A stretch of DNA of 64,000 bases from an uncultured bacterium (GCA_963790795.1 CAWBPO010000001.1:460073-524072), one strand, 5' to 3'. Shown: positions 1 to 10,314, numbered from the stretch's first letter. Made by a program: numbers and translations. The notes: generated from the letters alone by a model not told the origin.

Positions 1-836
1 CTACTGTGTTGCGTGATTCTTGTCCCCGCGCCGATCTTCTAAATCGCCATGCACATAAATCGGGCCTTTGATGGTTGCTGTGTTGTTCTGTCCGAATGTC
101 AAATTGCCAATTATCTCGGTAGGACCGAGCTGAAAACCTGTTGTACCATTCGGGAAAACAAATGAACCTTCTACGACTACCGCCTTCTTTGGCTTGTCTT
201 CCAAGTTGTAATATCAAAGCTGGTCGGTAAGGTTACATCTTGCGGATCGCAGGCTTGACCTTGTGCGCCGATAAAAGTATTGGTGTCTTCTTCAATATCT
301 GAAAATCCGCTGGAAGCATCTGAAAAATCGGTCTGCCAGCCAGTGAATATGAATTTAAATCCGCAAGATTCGGCGGAAAAGAACTTCAGCAGAAGGCAAA
401 GAAACTTCAAAATCCCAGACATCAGTTGATGAAGAATCGTAAACGACTGCAGGAGTTATGGTCAAACCCAAAAGCGAACCGGAATAAATTACGCCGTTGC
501 GTTTAGCCACAACATCAAGAGCGTTAGCAAAAATCATCGAACTGCCGATGTTTCCGCTGCCGTTATTCATATTGAAAACCCAAAGTGCCTGAATTATTTA
601 CCGTAATTTGTTTGTTCACGTTATCGCCCGGCAAAAGCCCCATCGGTTCTGTCGGATAGAACTCCAAGTACCGGCAGCTAGTGAAAAGTCCAAAGTGGCG
701 GCTGTAAAAGTATTAGCGCCGTCTCCTTCGTTATCTAAATAATAAGATATTGTTTCCATTACAGCCGAAAGCCCGCTCCAGTTAAGAGCTATAATCACCA
801 AAATACTGTAATTTTTAATAACGACTTTTTTATCAT
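1..836 (-). pseudogene. TasA/camelysin-like secreted protein, SipW-substrate class, frame-disrupted (paralog 3)
   Basis: Minus-strand pieces whose frame changes about five times read as one protein ending at TAG 1-3. Pieces: ATG at 836 MIKKSLLKITVF; LNWSGLSAVMETISYYLDNEGDGANTFTAATLDFSL (now in the sipW frame); PGDNVNKQITVNNSGTLGFQYE; then ORFs 355-570, 177-422 and 1-204. Signal peptide plus YFSDTETS-like box as in the 2581-3477 ORF. Confidence 0.5.
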
Positions 837-1359
837 ATTTATGTCCGTTAACTGGCGGATTTTTTTTCTTTTTTATTTCTCCAAAAATTTTTCTGATTTC
901 ATCGTAAATAATAATCGCTGCCGGGACGATAATAATCAAAGCGAATCCTATTGGTTTTTTGGCAAAATCCACGGCATATCCCAAATAAGGAACGGAAAAT
1001 AATACTTTGCCTAAAATATCTGTTTTTGCAATTTCTCTGGTATCGGGCGCATCATTGGCGTCGCCTTTGGTGATATAAATCGGCTCCCCTCCCTGAACTT
1101 TCATATCGTAAATTCTGTGGGTGGTCGGCGCTTTGGTTTTGCTGTAAGGCCCGAAAGTTATCACATCGCCGATTTTGTAATCTGTTGCAGGCTTTACCAC
1201 TACTATGCTTCCCGTATTGATTGCCGGCTCCATTGAACCTGACTGGACAACCAGCACTTTGTAATTTCCCGGAATCGGAAAAGCGGAAACAATCAGTAAA
1301 ATCGCAATCAGAACTATGAAAGCAATCACTATGTAATAAATTATTTTCAAAGATTTCAT
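616..1359 (-). CDS. sipW: Signal peptidase I, SipW/archaeal-ER type (S26B)
   Basis: N-terminal TM followed by VVQSGSMEPAINTGSIVVVKP (catalytic Ser box), APTTHRIY (His) and TKGDANDAPD boxes, then a C-terminal TM. The last ~75 codons of the listed ORF look like the signal peptide of the next gene, so the true stop is probably near 850. Confidence 0.8.
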   Translation of the reverse strand: MKSLKIIYYIVIAFIVLIAILLIVSAFPIPGNYKVLVVQSGSMEPAINTGSIVVVKPATDYKIGDVITFGPYSKTKAPTTHRIYDMKVQGGEPIYITKGDANDAPDTREIAKTDILGKVLFSVPYLGYAVDFAKKPIGFALIIIVPAAIIIYDEIRKIFGEIKKKKNPPVNGHKYDKKVVIKNYSILVIIALNWSGLSAVMETISYYLDNEGDGANTFTAATLDFSLAAGTWSSIRQNRWGFCRAIT

Positions 1360-1468
1360 TTTTTCTTATTCTTTTTAATCAAAAATCATTAAAATCTTTA
1401 TGAGTTGCCTCAACCTAACCACAAAGAAAGTTGTGAGGCAACCTAAAAAATTTCAACTTTTTGCTTTA

Positions 1469-2125
1469 TTATTGGCTTGTGTCTTGACCTAATTCAAAGG
1501 TCAATACCAACAGTTGTGCTTATCGCCTTGAATAATATTATCTCAACAGCCAGTATCAACACTGACCAAGTCATGCTAATATAACTTGTTCCACTAGCAT
1601 CGCTAATGCATAAATTTGTCATATGTAGTTAGAAGCTGCTATCACTAGATCAGCTTCACCGTTATAAATCAGTATCTCCAGGCCATCCATTGGCCATTAT
1701 TGTTAGCTCAACAATATAGATATCAGCACTCCATTAGTTCCTGCTTAATTCAACACCATAGTAGCAGTCAAGATCTCCACCGTCATCTTCTGTACATCAG
1801 TTTCTGGTTCTGGTTAGCTCATCTGTGTCAGCTAAAGTAATACTCATCTAAAATCAAGATAACCAGCGTAGACTTCCGTCATTTATTAAGTGTCCAAGTA
1901 ATACCTGCCTGAATCGCCTGGGTTTAGCATCTTGTTACATGTGAATTATCACTAGCAGTTACTGTATACTTCTCGATCCGTCCAACTGTCAAGGTTTAAT
2001 GTTCCGGCGGCAAAAGTATTTCCGGTTGAAGTTTCAGTGTCAGAGAAGTAAGCAATTGTTCCACCAACTGCTATTGCAGCTACTGCACCAATCACGCTTA
2101 AGCTGATTATTAATTTCTTGTTCAT
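1469..2125 (-). pseudogene. TasA/camelysin-like SipW-substrate, heavily frame-disrupted (paralog 2)
   Basis: ATG at 2125 gives MNKKLIISLSVIGAVAAIAVGGTIAYFSDTETSTGNTFAAGTLNL, nearly identical in pattern to the 3477 start. Recognisable pieces then continue in shifting frames (NPGDSGRYYLDT, EDDGGDLD, DNIIQGDK, DL-ELGQDTSQ**). No ORF of 60 aa or more lies between the sipW start (1359) and 2195 on either strand. Confidence 0.5.
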
Positions 2126-2194
2126 GTTTTTTTTACTAATTTTCTTTCTAATAACTTCGACCTTTAATAATTTATTACTAATTTCTTACTATAT

Positions 2195-3477
2195 TTACTC
2201 TGTTTGTCCGCAAACGAAATTAGGATTGTTTCTTGACTGCTCGGTGTAGAAAACCAAGTTTGCCAAGAAAGAATCTGTCTGCGCTTTGTTGTAACCGTTA
2301 ACTTCTGCTCCCGAACCATCACAGGTTATTGTTCCGTCTCCTCCAACTGTTTGATTTCCAAAACACCACGCTAAACCTAAATTTTTTGTGGTGCTTCCAA
2401 TTAACGGACCAGTTCCTGTTGTGGAATCATAAATCGCGAGCATGTTAATCGTGTCAAGCACGTATGAACCAATTGCGCTTTCCGTTGCTGGTTCATAAAC
2501 GCCATTACCGTTCTCATCTCTCCAAACAAATAATTTGAGGTAATTTGATAATTCACCAACTTCTGGAGTGATATCTCCTGCTACTTGCTCGGATTGATTG
2601 ATGCGTTTTCATTGTCTTCTTTTTCGGTAACACTCATACAAACCCAGCCGTTATTGTTGTAGTTGTGCAAGCTGATTACGTTTATTCCCCTGTCGCCGGG
2701 CTTTACGTCGTTGAAGTTGAAGAATTTTTCATTCGCCAAATCCTTCAAGCCCCAAAGCTGACAATGAGTTCTGAAGTAATCGTTTTGGTCGCATTGGCCG
2801 TCAATGACCAATTTGTACAAAAGACCGCCGGGATTTGTTGAAGGATTACCCTGAAAATCATCTGGCTCCCAGTTTTTAACTTTGATTTGGAGCGTGTTAT
2901 CTCCTTGTAAAATCCACTGAGAAATTTGTACACCAGAATAAACATCAGTAGGTGGGAAATAATTGAATTCTGTATTATCGCCGCCTACTAAATTGCCGTT
3001 AAGGTAAACTTCATAGCTGTTATCTGCTCCGACATTCAACTGTAAAGTGGCTCCGGTAATCGGACCCCACCATTCAAAGGTTTTCTCGAAATTGTAAATT
3101 ACATCATGGGTTGTATCAGCTGGTAAGGTTGGGTCGGTTGCCCAAATCCAAACCACTCCGGGTATGGAAGTTGTCCATCTTTCGTTATAAGGAGGAGTGA
3201 CTAAAACAGCAGCGTGAGGAAAGGCGACCGGATCACTACCGCCTATTGTTCCTGTTACTATATCTGAAGTGTCGCTTTGAATGCCGACACTGCAAGTTTT
3301 ACAATCAACATCATTGTAAGTTTGTTTTGTGTGGTCAATTTTTAAATCAATTGCACCTGCCACAAAAATATTACCGGCTGATGTTTCAGTGTTGGAAAAA
3401 TAAGCAATTGTTCCGCCGATTGCCACTGCCGCAACTACACCGATTACGCTTAAACTAATAAGAATTTTTTTGTTCAT
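2195..3477 (-). pseudogene. TasA/camelysin-like SipW-substrate with extra C-terminal domains, one frame change near 2585 (paralog 1)
   Basis: ORF 2581-3477 starts MNKKILISLSVIGVVAAVAIGGTIAYFSNTETSAGNIFVAGAIDLKIDH (SipW-cognate signal class). After its stop the sequence continues in another frame as EQVAGDITPEVGELSNYLKLFVWRDENGNG and runs into ORF 2195-2461. Confidence 0.6.
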
Positions 3478-3545
3478 ATTTAGTTCATTATTTTAATTTA
3501 TAATTTTTTACGACCTTTACCTGGTCTCCGTATAAAATGTTTTTA

Positions 3546-3687
3546 GGAGCTCAACTCCCCGCAAGGGAGCCTCTCGCTCCCTTTTCAGGGAACTAAGCTC
3601 CCGCTAAACCCTCCTATTTTTTATGGAGTCCAAGCCCCTACGCCTAATCAATTTCTAGCAATTGATTAGATTTAGAGGTTTGGACTC
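3546..3687 (-). promoter_or_regulatory. Candidate structured 5' leader upstream of the TasA-like gene (long hairpin plus three-way junction)
   Basis: Read on the minus strand: hairpin GAGTCCAA...TTGGACTC (3626-3687) with inner stem CTAATCAATT/AATTGATTAG. It is followed by GGAGCTTA..TGAGCTCC (3546-3602) enclosing three small GGGA/TCCC stems. Confidence 0.3.
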
Positions 3688-3700
3688 TTATTAAATTTTC

Positions 3701-3729
3701 AAAAAGCAAAAACGCAGCTTAAAACTGCG
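3701..3729 (-). terminator. Intrinsic terminator-like hairpin inside the 3478-4062 spacer
   Basis: Minus strand CGCAG-TTTTAAG-CTGCG followed by TTTTTGCTTTTTG. Confidence 0.4.
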
Positions 3730-3784
3730 CAATAAAAAAACCCGACCCTCCGGTTTATATCTTTTAAATTTTTTGTGATTAGAG

Positions 3785-3793
3785 ATTCTATCA
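3785..3793 (-). promoter_or_regulatory. Extended -10 promoter element TGATAGAAT
   Basis: Minus strand TGATAGAAT embedded in the palindrome GTGAT..ATCAC. Same -10 flavour (TAGAAT) as other promoters in the window. Confidence 0.35.
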
Positions 3794-3882
3794 CTAATAT
3801 ACTGATTCCCCTCCTCTAATCATTTGTTATGGTGGCTAATTTCTCTGTTTTACTTTTACACTAAGCAGGGAATTATGTCAAC

Positions 3883-3949
3883 CCCCACACCTAAGGAGCA
3901 TAAATTTTATTTTTCGGTGGGCAGTGTCCAATGCTCTTTAGGTGTGGGG
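3883..3949. repeat. 19-bp inverted repeat with a 29-nt spacer
   Basis: CCCCACACCTAAGGAGCAT (3883-3901) pairs with ATGCTCTTTAGGTGTGGGG (3931-3949), one mismatch. TGTCCTA occurs three times just downstream at 3978, 3991 and 4010. Confidence 0.6.
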
Positions 3950-4062
3950 ACTAAACCCCACTCTATAAATTACTAATGTCCTACTTATGTTGTCCTACCT
4001 ATATATGTATGTCCTATCTTGTTTAACGTGTAACGCAAATCTCGCTGGCGTGAGGAAAGACA

Positions 4063-4547
4063 TTACGTTTCAGCTAGCCCAGGAGCACAAACTTTGAATC
4101 CGTACCAGCTTAGTATCTCTGTAACAGTATAACCAGTATCATAAGTCCCTGTAAGTACAGTCGCTGGTAAGTCAGGAGTATATGTCAGGTATAAACAGTC
4201 CGATTACCTGGATCAATGGTATTTCAGGTATATATGTAGAACCATACAAGGTCTTAAATCGGTCAATCCACTGCCGCTACTGCGTATTGTATATAGCAGT
4301 AGTAGTGGTGCTACGATAGTACCTGCAGCACTGCAAGTAAATATACCTTTATTGTCGGCCATATTCTGACCGATAGCATTTAAAATAGCATTAACATTGC
4401 TAATTCTTTGGCTATTTCTGGCTTGGGCAAATTGTCTTGGCCGGGTTAATAGCAATTAAAACCACGGCTGCTAAAATGGCGATAATACCGATAACAACCA
4501 AGATTTCAATTAAAGTGAAACCCTTTTTGTTTCTTTGTTTTTTTCAT
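4063..4547 (-). pseudogene. Type IV pilin (likely major pilin), frame-disrupted
   Basis: ATG at 4547 gives MKKTKKQKGFTLIEILVVIGIIAILAAVVLIAINPA (prepilin G/FTLIE site plus hydrophobic helix). Continuation runs in other frames: RQFAQARNSQRISNVNAILNAIGQN (ORF 4213-4455), STYIPEIPL, then LTYTPDLPATVLTGTYDTGYTVTEILSWYGFKVCAPGLAET*, ending at TAA 4063-4065. Confidence 0.65.
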
Positions 4548-4623
4548 AGATTAAATTATTAATTTGATATTTTAATAATTTTCCAATAAATCGACCTTTT
4601 AATTGTTTTAATGACGATTTGAT

Positions 4624-4652
4624 ATATTAACAGAATGATATAATTTTGTCAA
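4624..4652 (-). promoter_or_regulatory. Sigma70-type promoter for the pilin gene
   Basis: Minus strand TTGACA (4647-4652), 17-nt spacer, TAATAT (4624-4629), about 75 nt upstream of the ATG at 4547. Confidence 0.5.
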
Positions 4653-4670
4653 ATACGCAACCATTAAAGA

Positions 4671-7600
4671 TTAAGACGTTTCTTTCCAAGAATTAATGTC
4701 AATATTTTGTTGCGTTTCGATCGGCGGAGGGGGTGGCGGATTGGCGGTGTAAATTATCACACAGGTTTTTGTTTCGGCTGCCGCGATCGTTCCCGAACAG
4801 TCGGGCGAGTTTGACACGCTGTATTGCGGATCAATCTCTGAGGTAATATTATAATCCCCCGGATTTAAAGTCCTTAATTCTCCGGTCTCCGAACCTTGAA
4901 ATGTTTGTGGCGAAGGATTATCAATAGTTATCGTAAAATCTGTGGATGTTTTGTTGGATGTACCGCTACTATTGTTGACTTGCGTTATCACAACCAATGT
5001 CGGCGGTAATTCATTAACAGAGGGCTCAAGAATCTCCTCGCCGATAATTTGGAATATGTCGGCCATTTCCTCTGATGTAGGCGAAATGTAAAAATGGTCG
5101 CCATCATGGTTTTCGTTATAAATCAAAGTTGAATCATTGGAAGTACCTGCCTCATTCTTAGAACCAGGTTGATGACCGCCAATTGTAAAATCACCAGTGG
5201 CCAGTCCGGCAATGAAGTCGCGAGGGGCCGGATTGTATTGTCCGTCTGAACCAGCGTTACCAAAGTGAATCGTATAAATCTCGGTCTGTACAAGCCCTTC
5301 GGAGCCGGTTTTGGCGTTGTCGGCGTTAGTTTTCGCCCAATTTATTGCAGATTGGGAAGTTTGTCCGGATCCGCTCTTTTGATTTGTGGCGTTTAAGTTG
5401 ACATTAGTGCCGTCGGAAATCAGAATTAGAACTTTTTTCCCAACAGGTAAACCATGATTTGTCAATTCGGTAGCCCTACCATAATAGCATCACCCAAATT
5501 AGTCCAACTACTTACGGAATCTAATTCATTATCAATGGCAGCATAAAGGCCAGTCGCAGGAACGCTATAATAAATTTTAACTGTTATATAATTAATAGAC
5601 TGTAAAACTCCAATCGGCGCGTTATTGGTTACTCGAAGTACGAAATTACCATTATTGAAATTACTGTTATTCCACGCACCATTGCCTGTCCCACCCCAAG
5701 TATTTGAAGGTCCGCCTAACGTATATGGGGCATCCGCACTAGTAAGACCTGGCGTTGTTTGCTGATTGGGCGTCCAGTTTCCAGCATTGTTCCCGGAAAG
5801 CGCCACCGTTATGGTGCTCGCGGGGATGTAACTTACAACTGCTCTGATTGCGCCCACTCGTACGGTATTAGTATTAACAGATGTTTTTAACACCCCAACT
5901 TCAAGATCGGCACTGGAATTCTTGACGAAATCGGGAATATCGATTGTTTGAGTTCTGGAAATGCATCCGCTGGTGTTCGTTGTGACGAGATTCGCTACTG
6001 CATCGCTATCTCCAGAGACCCTAACAAAGGTTTTATAAGAACCGCCCGTAGCCCCCGAGGCAACATCCCATGTAAAAACTTAAACGCTGGTAATGATGCT
6101 TCCGTGGGCACCTCAAGACAAATTGATGTTTACCGACTCTCGTTGGTTATTGGTATTACTTGAGATGGAGTCGTTACTGCTGCAACTGGAAATACAGGCT
6201 TCGTCCACATCTGATTCGTTGCCTGACCATGCGCTATAGATACCGGTACACTGGGAACCGACTCCCAGTATTTCTAGTCACTGGTGCGAAGACTTGGCGT
6301 ACAAGGTTACCTCAATACCCTCTATAGTTGCACCAACTGGGGTTGTATTCGATGAGTAGTATTAAAACCAAAATTTATATAACCTTGCTGGTCGCCATTG
6401 GTCGCATCAGTCGCATACAAGCTATCGTTTAACTGGGCGTTATCAGGATTCATCCATCGGTCTAAACTACTTGGGCTGGTTTTGTGCCCTCCTGGAGCGT
6501 TAAGGCCTGTACTTGTTGAGGTTGCACGACTACCATAAGAACTTGTAAGAGTCCCGATTATATCAGCACTAACACCACTATCATTACCGAATCGGCCGAC
6601 TCCAACCTGAAATGGAGAAGCGAAAGAACCGTAATAATCCAATAAGGCCTGCGCTGCTTCCTTTTCGTCTGGAACAGATTGGGGGTCGCTGAACATACTA
6701 ATACGTCTATCCAACATCATCCCTGTGTCTGGCGGCGACACTTGTTTTTTAAAAGCAATGGCCAAACTATGTTATCGCCTTTTTTAAGTTTGACCGTACC
6801 GTTATCAAAATCTCCATAACACAAACTGTTACCATCGAATCGGTGCTCCCCGCCCAATCAGAAACATTATAGCCGGTAATCGCGCTGACGGTTATCGGAA
6901 AATTACTCACGGTGCCAAATACCATCGGCGGCCGTAAGTTTAATCTGTTGTTGTGTACTGCTCGGATAACTCTTTCCGTTCACCGTCAATTGCTCCGGCA
7001 ACACGCCATCACTGGAAATAACAACCGTTAACGACGCAGTTTGCGGTTTTAGCGTGTTAATGATATTGCAGGTTTTATAGTCGTTAACTCCCAGTTCTAA
7101 GGTGCCATAACTTCCACTTCCATCATCAACGCAGTCACCGGTATATAACGTCGTATATTCAGAATCGGGCGTTTCGGTTATATTGTAAGTTCCTTGATCC
7201 TTAATCTGTGGCTGACCCAGTTGATCTGATGGAAGATCGGCGCCGCCCACCTGAAACGGCCTGAACTGGTCGGCTGGTTTGGCGCCATCGCCATAGGAAA
7301 ACACATTGACCACAATCTTTGACGGTGGCGAATACTGGGGGTTATAGATTGTAGAGTTTATTTCCATTTTGCTAAATGCGCCATTTTGGGCCGGATATTC
7401 TGCGGTGGAAACGATATTTACGGTTTTTTGATGGGTGACTGGATCATAGTCGGAATTATTTATCAATACTGACAATCAACCGATAAACCAGAGCCAGTGC
7501 CTGAGGCGTTCTGGTTTTTGGCGATTTCCAACAGCGCCTTGTTAATGCACGATTCAGCCATTCCCTTGCTAATTCTTTTGTATTCGCTATTCAAAGAATC

Positions 7601-7724
7601 AAATTGTAAAAAAATCCGACCGAGCCACTGTAAACGCCGAGCCGACTAAAACCACGGACATTATGACCGTAGATATTAGCGCGATATACCCCCCATTTTT
7701 ATTTTGCAAAATTTGGTGGTTCAT
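4671..7724 (-). pseudogene. One or more large pilus-associated surface proteins (PilX-like N-terminus, vWA-like domain, Pro-rich C-terminal Ig-like region), frame-disrupted
   Basis: ATG at 7724 gives MNHQILQNKNGGYIALISTVIMSVVLVGSA (pilin-like anchor). ORFs 6903-7475, 6322-6765, 5462-5893 and 4671-5465 lie in different frames with no intervening start signals. A vWA-like region (TNLGDAI.. then GKKVLILISDGT .. IYTIHFG) spans the 5465 junction. Confidence 0.45.
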
Positions 7725-7736
7725 ATTTTTGAAGGA

Positions 7737-8216
7737 TTATTTACGAAGATACGCGGTTGATTCAAAATGTGAAGTTAAAATCATACCATTAGGCGTGTTG
7801 CTATTCAAATCAAACCCATAGTTTATTCCCTTTTCTCCGTTTCCAGTAGCGGATATGTCAACAAAAAATAAATTAGTAACCTGTACAGTGCTGTTATTAA
7901 GCGGCTCGCCAGAGTCATCATTTCTTTTTAATATTAGATTTTCTCCATCCGCTCAAATTCCAAACTATCACCCGATACAGTTGTCGTAAATGGCCTTCTT
8001 CCGGCACTTGACGCCCTCCGCATTCGAAACCGCCCAATTAATTTTTGCCAGCAAAAATTCTCCTTCCTCTTGCATCATCGCCCGGCTCTGATTTTTGCCA
8101 CTAGATTCAATTACACTAAAAACTGCAGCAAACACCCCACCAAATAGTATAGCAAAAAGAGCGAGGTAGACAACGACTTCAATCAGTGTAAAACCTGATT
8201 GTTGTTTCGTTTTCAT
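7737..8216 (-). pseudogene. Prepilin-type minor pilin with a short out-of-frame patch
   Basis: MKTKQQSGFTLIEVVVYLALFAILFGG from ATG 8216. The same frame resumes after three stops clustered at 7945-7972 and runs to TAA 7737-7739. Confidence 0.6.
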
Positions 8217-8217
8217 A

Positions 8218-9766
8218 TTATGGCGCAATTATTGACAAGTAGCCATGGCCTCCGATATTGGAACCAACGAAAAAGTTATTACCTTCGCAATCCAGGGACG
8301 GTTCAAAGAGGTCGTCTGATCGGGCGTACAAAGTCAAATCCAAATCGCCCCAATCTTCAATATGAGAAACGTCGCTTATATTGAAAATTTTCAATCCAGT
8401 TTTAAGCAGTAAAAACGCCAGATTTTCACGGATAGGATTCCATCAACGTTAACATTGATATCATCTTTTGATCCTAATATCGTAAAGGTGCTGGTTGCCA
8501 AATTACTATTGACCAAAATATAGAATTGGTATTATGAGAACTTTTCCAAGATATAAATTATTGCCCAGCAAATAAAGCTTTACCTTCGCTTGATCCTGGC
8601 TCATTAAAACCCCACGGTGGCGTACCCGACGGTTTGCATACCGATTCGCTCTCCTGCGGATTGGTAACTACGCAACTAGGATCATGTACATCCAAAACTA
8701 TCAATTCCTGGTCATTGGACGTTGCTAAATACGCATATTTGCCGCGAACTGAAATTGCATTAACCGCATTACCAACTGAATAATAACTTCTGCCTGTAAT
8801 TTTTGCCGGATGCGCACGGTCAAGATGAGCATCAATAATATGAAATTCTGGACCATTGCTATTTCCATCTTCATCGATACCAGTTGCTTGCAATCCAAGA
8901 TAAATATAGCCGTCTTTAAAAAAATGCTGTTGCCAATTCCTTGCGTACCCCCAACATTGTCTAAATCGAAATCAACTATTTTTTCCGGCGTAATGCTGTC
9001 GGGATCGGTCACATCAATAACTTGCAACTGGTTCGCGGGACTATTATTGGCAACGTACGCGTAAATTTTATGATTTGTCGTATCTTCGGCAACCGCCACC
9101 GCATTCAAGCCGTCAGCGGTACTATTGGCGTTATCGATTTTACCGATAAGTAACGGGTGAAAACCGATTGGAATATCAAAGACGAAAAATGTCGGGTCGG
9201 CATTGTGAGGGGTTTTACCAATGGTCACATAAAGCTTACCTTCATAAGCGTCAACATCGCTAATCGCGTAATCGCCGGAAATTCCGCGATGATCGAAAAG
9301 TCAGTGTTAATGGTATTTTTAATTTTCGGGTCTTTCCAGGCTTCGGCATTGGGTAGTAAAATTGAGCTGCAGGTATCGCCGCCAACGGCGTTGTTAAAAT
9401 TGGTAACAACTGCGGAAAGAACGGTAGTGCCACGGCGGCCGCTGTCTTCTGGAAATTCAACTGTCGCAGTTACCAACTTTGTAAAATAATCTGTTTGCAC
9501 AACATTTACGCTCGAGGCAAGCCGTCATCAGTAGTAGTGGTCGCCACTGGATTAACCAAATTAAAATCCTTGCGGCTGTCAGGCTGCGCTTTTTCCAACA
9601 GCCCTTGGGCGATATTCAACGCCTCGGCATTGGTCTGACTGTCAATAATCATCGCCTGATTGCCAAACGATACCAGAATGACCGCAGTCAACACTAAAAT
9701 TAAAATAGACATTGCCAGTAGCATTTCAAGCGTTGAAAATCCTTTTTGATAAATCGCGCTTTTCAT
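8218..9766 (-). pseudogene. Prepilin-like N-terminus fused to an LVIVD-type beta-propeller protein, frame-disrupted
   Basis: MKSAIYQKGFSTLEMLLAMSILILVLTAVIL from ATG 9766. ORFs 9225-9500, 8725-9228 and 8558-8893 lie in different frames and carry repeated KIYAYVANN..LQVIDVTDP and GKYAYLATSNDQELIVLDVHDPS units. Terminal piece ends at TAA 8218-8220. Confidence 0.5.
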
Positions 9767-9792
9767 ATCTACTAAAAATAAAAAATATAACA

Positions 9793-10314
9793 CTAGAAAT
9801 CAATTCGGCCTTCACTATTAACCGTAATTACGGAACTATGGCCGCCATCATCCTTTAGAGTAACATTTGTCGATGTAGCGACATTTCCTGAAATTCGGTC
9901 AAACACAATATCCACTGTCGAAGAGCCGACGATGTAAACTGTATGACTGTCAAAGGGGATAATTTCATTGTTTGGATCGGCGTCACTATAAGCCTCTCCT
10001 TGGAAAATTACAACTTCGCGTTTTGCCGGGTCAAAATGAACACCATGCTGCTTTGCCAATTCAGCACAAATGAGCCCCAAAACACATATTATTAACTGCC
10101 AGGCTACGCGCCCGTTGCAAAGCGCTAACCACCATATCACGGTCGTTACAGAACATACCCTGAGCCAACTATCCATGCTCAAAAATAATCCCAAGCCAAC
10201 CAGTATGATTAAAATTACTATCACAACGATAATTTCAATCAATGTAAACCCACCACCCCTTTCCCGAAAATCGGTGCGGGATTTATCTGGATTAGAGATG
10301 TTGAGTGACTCCAT
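9793..10314 (-). CDS. Prepilin-type minor pilin (GspH-like) with an internal out-of-frame segment
   Basis: GGGFTLIEIIVVIVILIILVGLGLF prepilin motif. The middle of the open frame is Trp/Cys-rich and atypical, while an alternative frame reads NDRDMVVSALQRARSLAVNNMCFG. Confidence 0.6.
   Translation of the reverse strand: MESLNISNPDKSRTDFRERGGGFTLIEIIVVIVILIILVGLGLFLSMDSWLRVCSVTTVIWWLALCNGRVAWQLIICVLGLICAELAKQHGVHFDPAKREVVIFQGEAYSDADPNNEIIPFDSHTVYIVGSSTVDIVFDRISGNVATSTNVTLKDDGGHSSVITVNSEGRIDF

Noticed and set aside
1360-2195. An alternative genetic code (for example UGA or UAG reassignment) as the reason no long ORF exists here and in other broken genes.
   Set aside because: The interruptions are frame changes: the recognisable peptide continues in another frame. 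They are not single in-frame stops of one kind. TGA, TAA and TAG all terminate well-conserved genes in the window, for example TGA at the ParB-MTase, TerS-like and rsmH ends.
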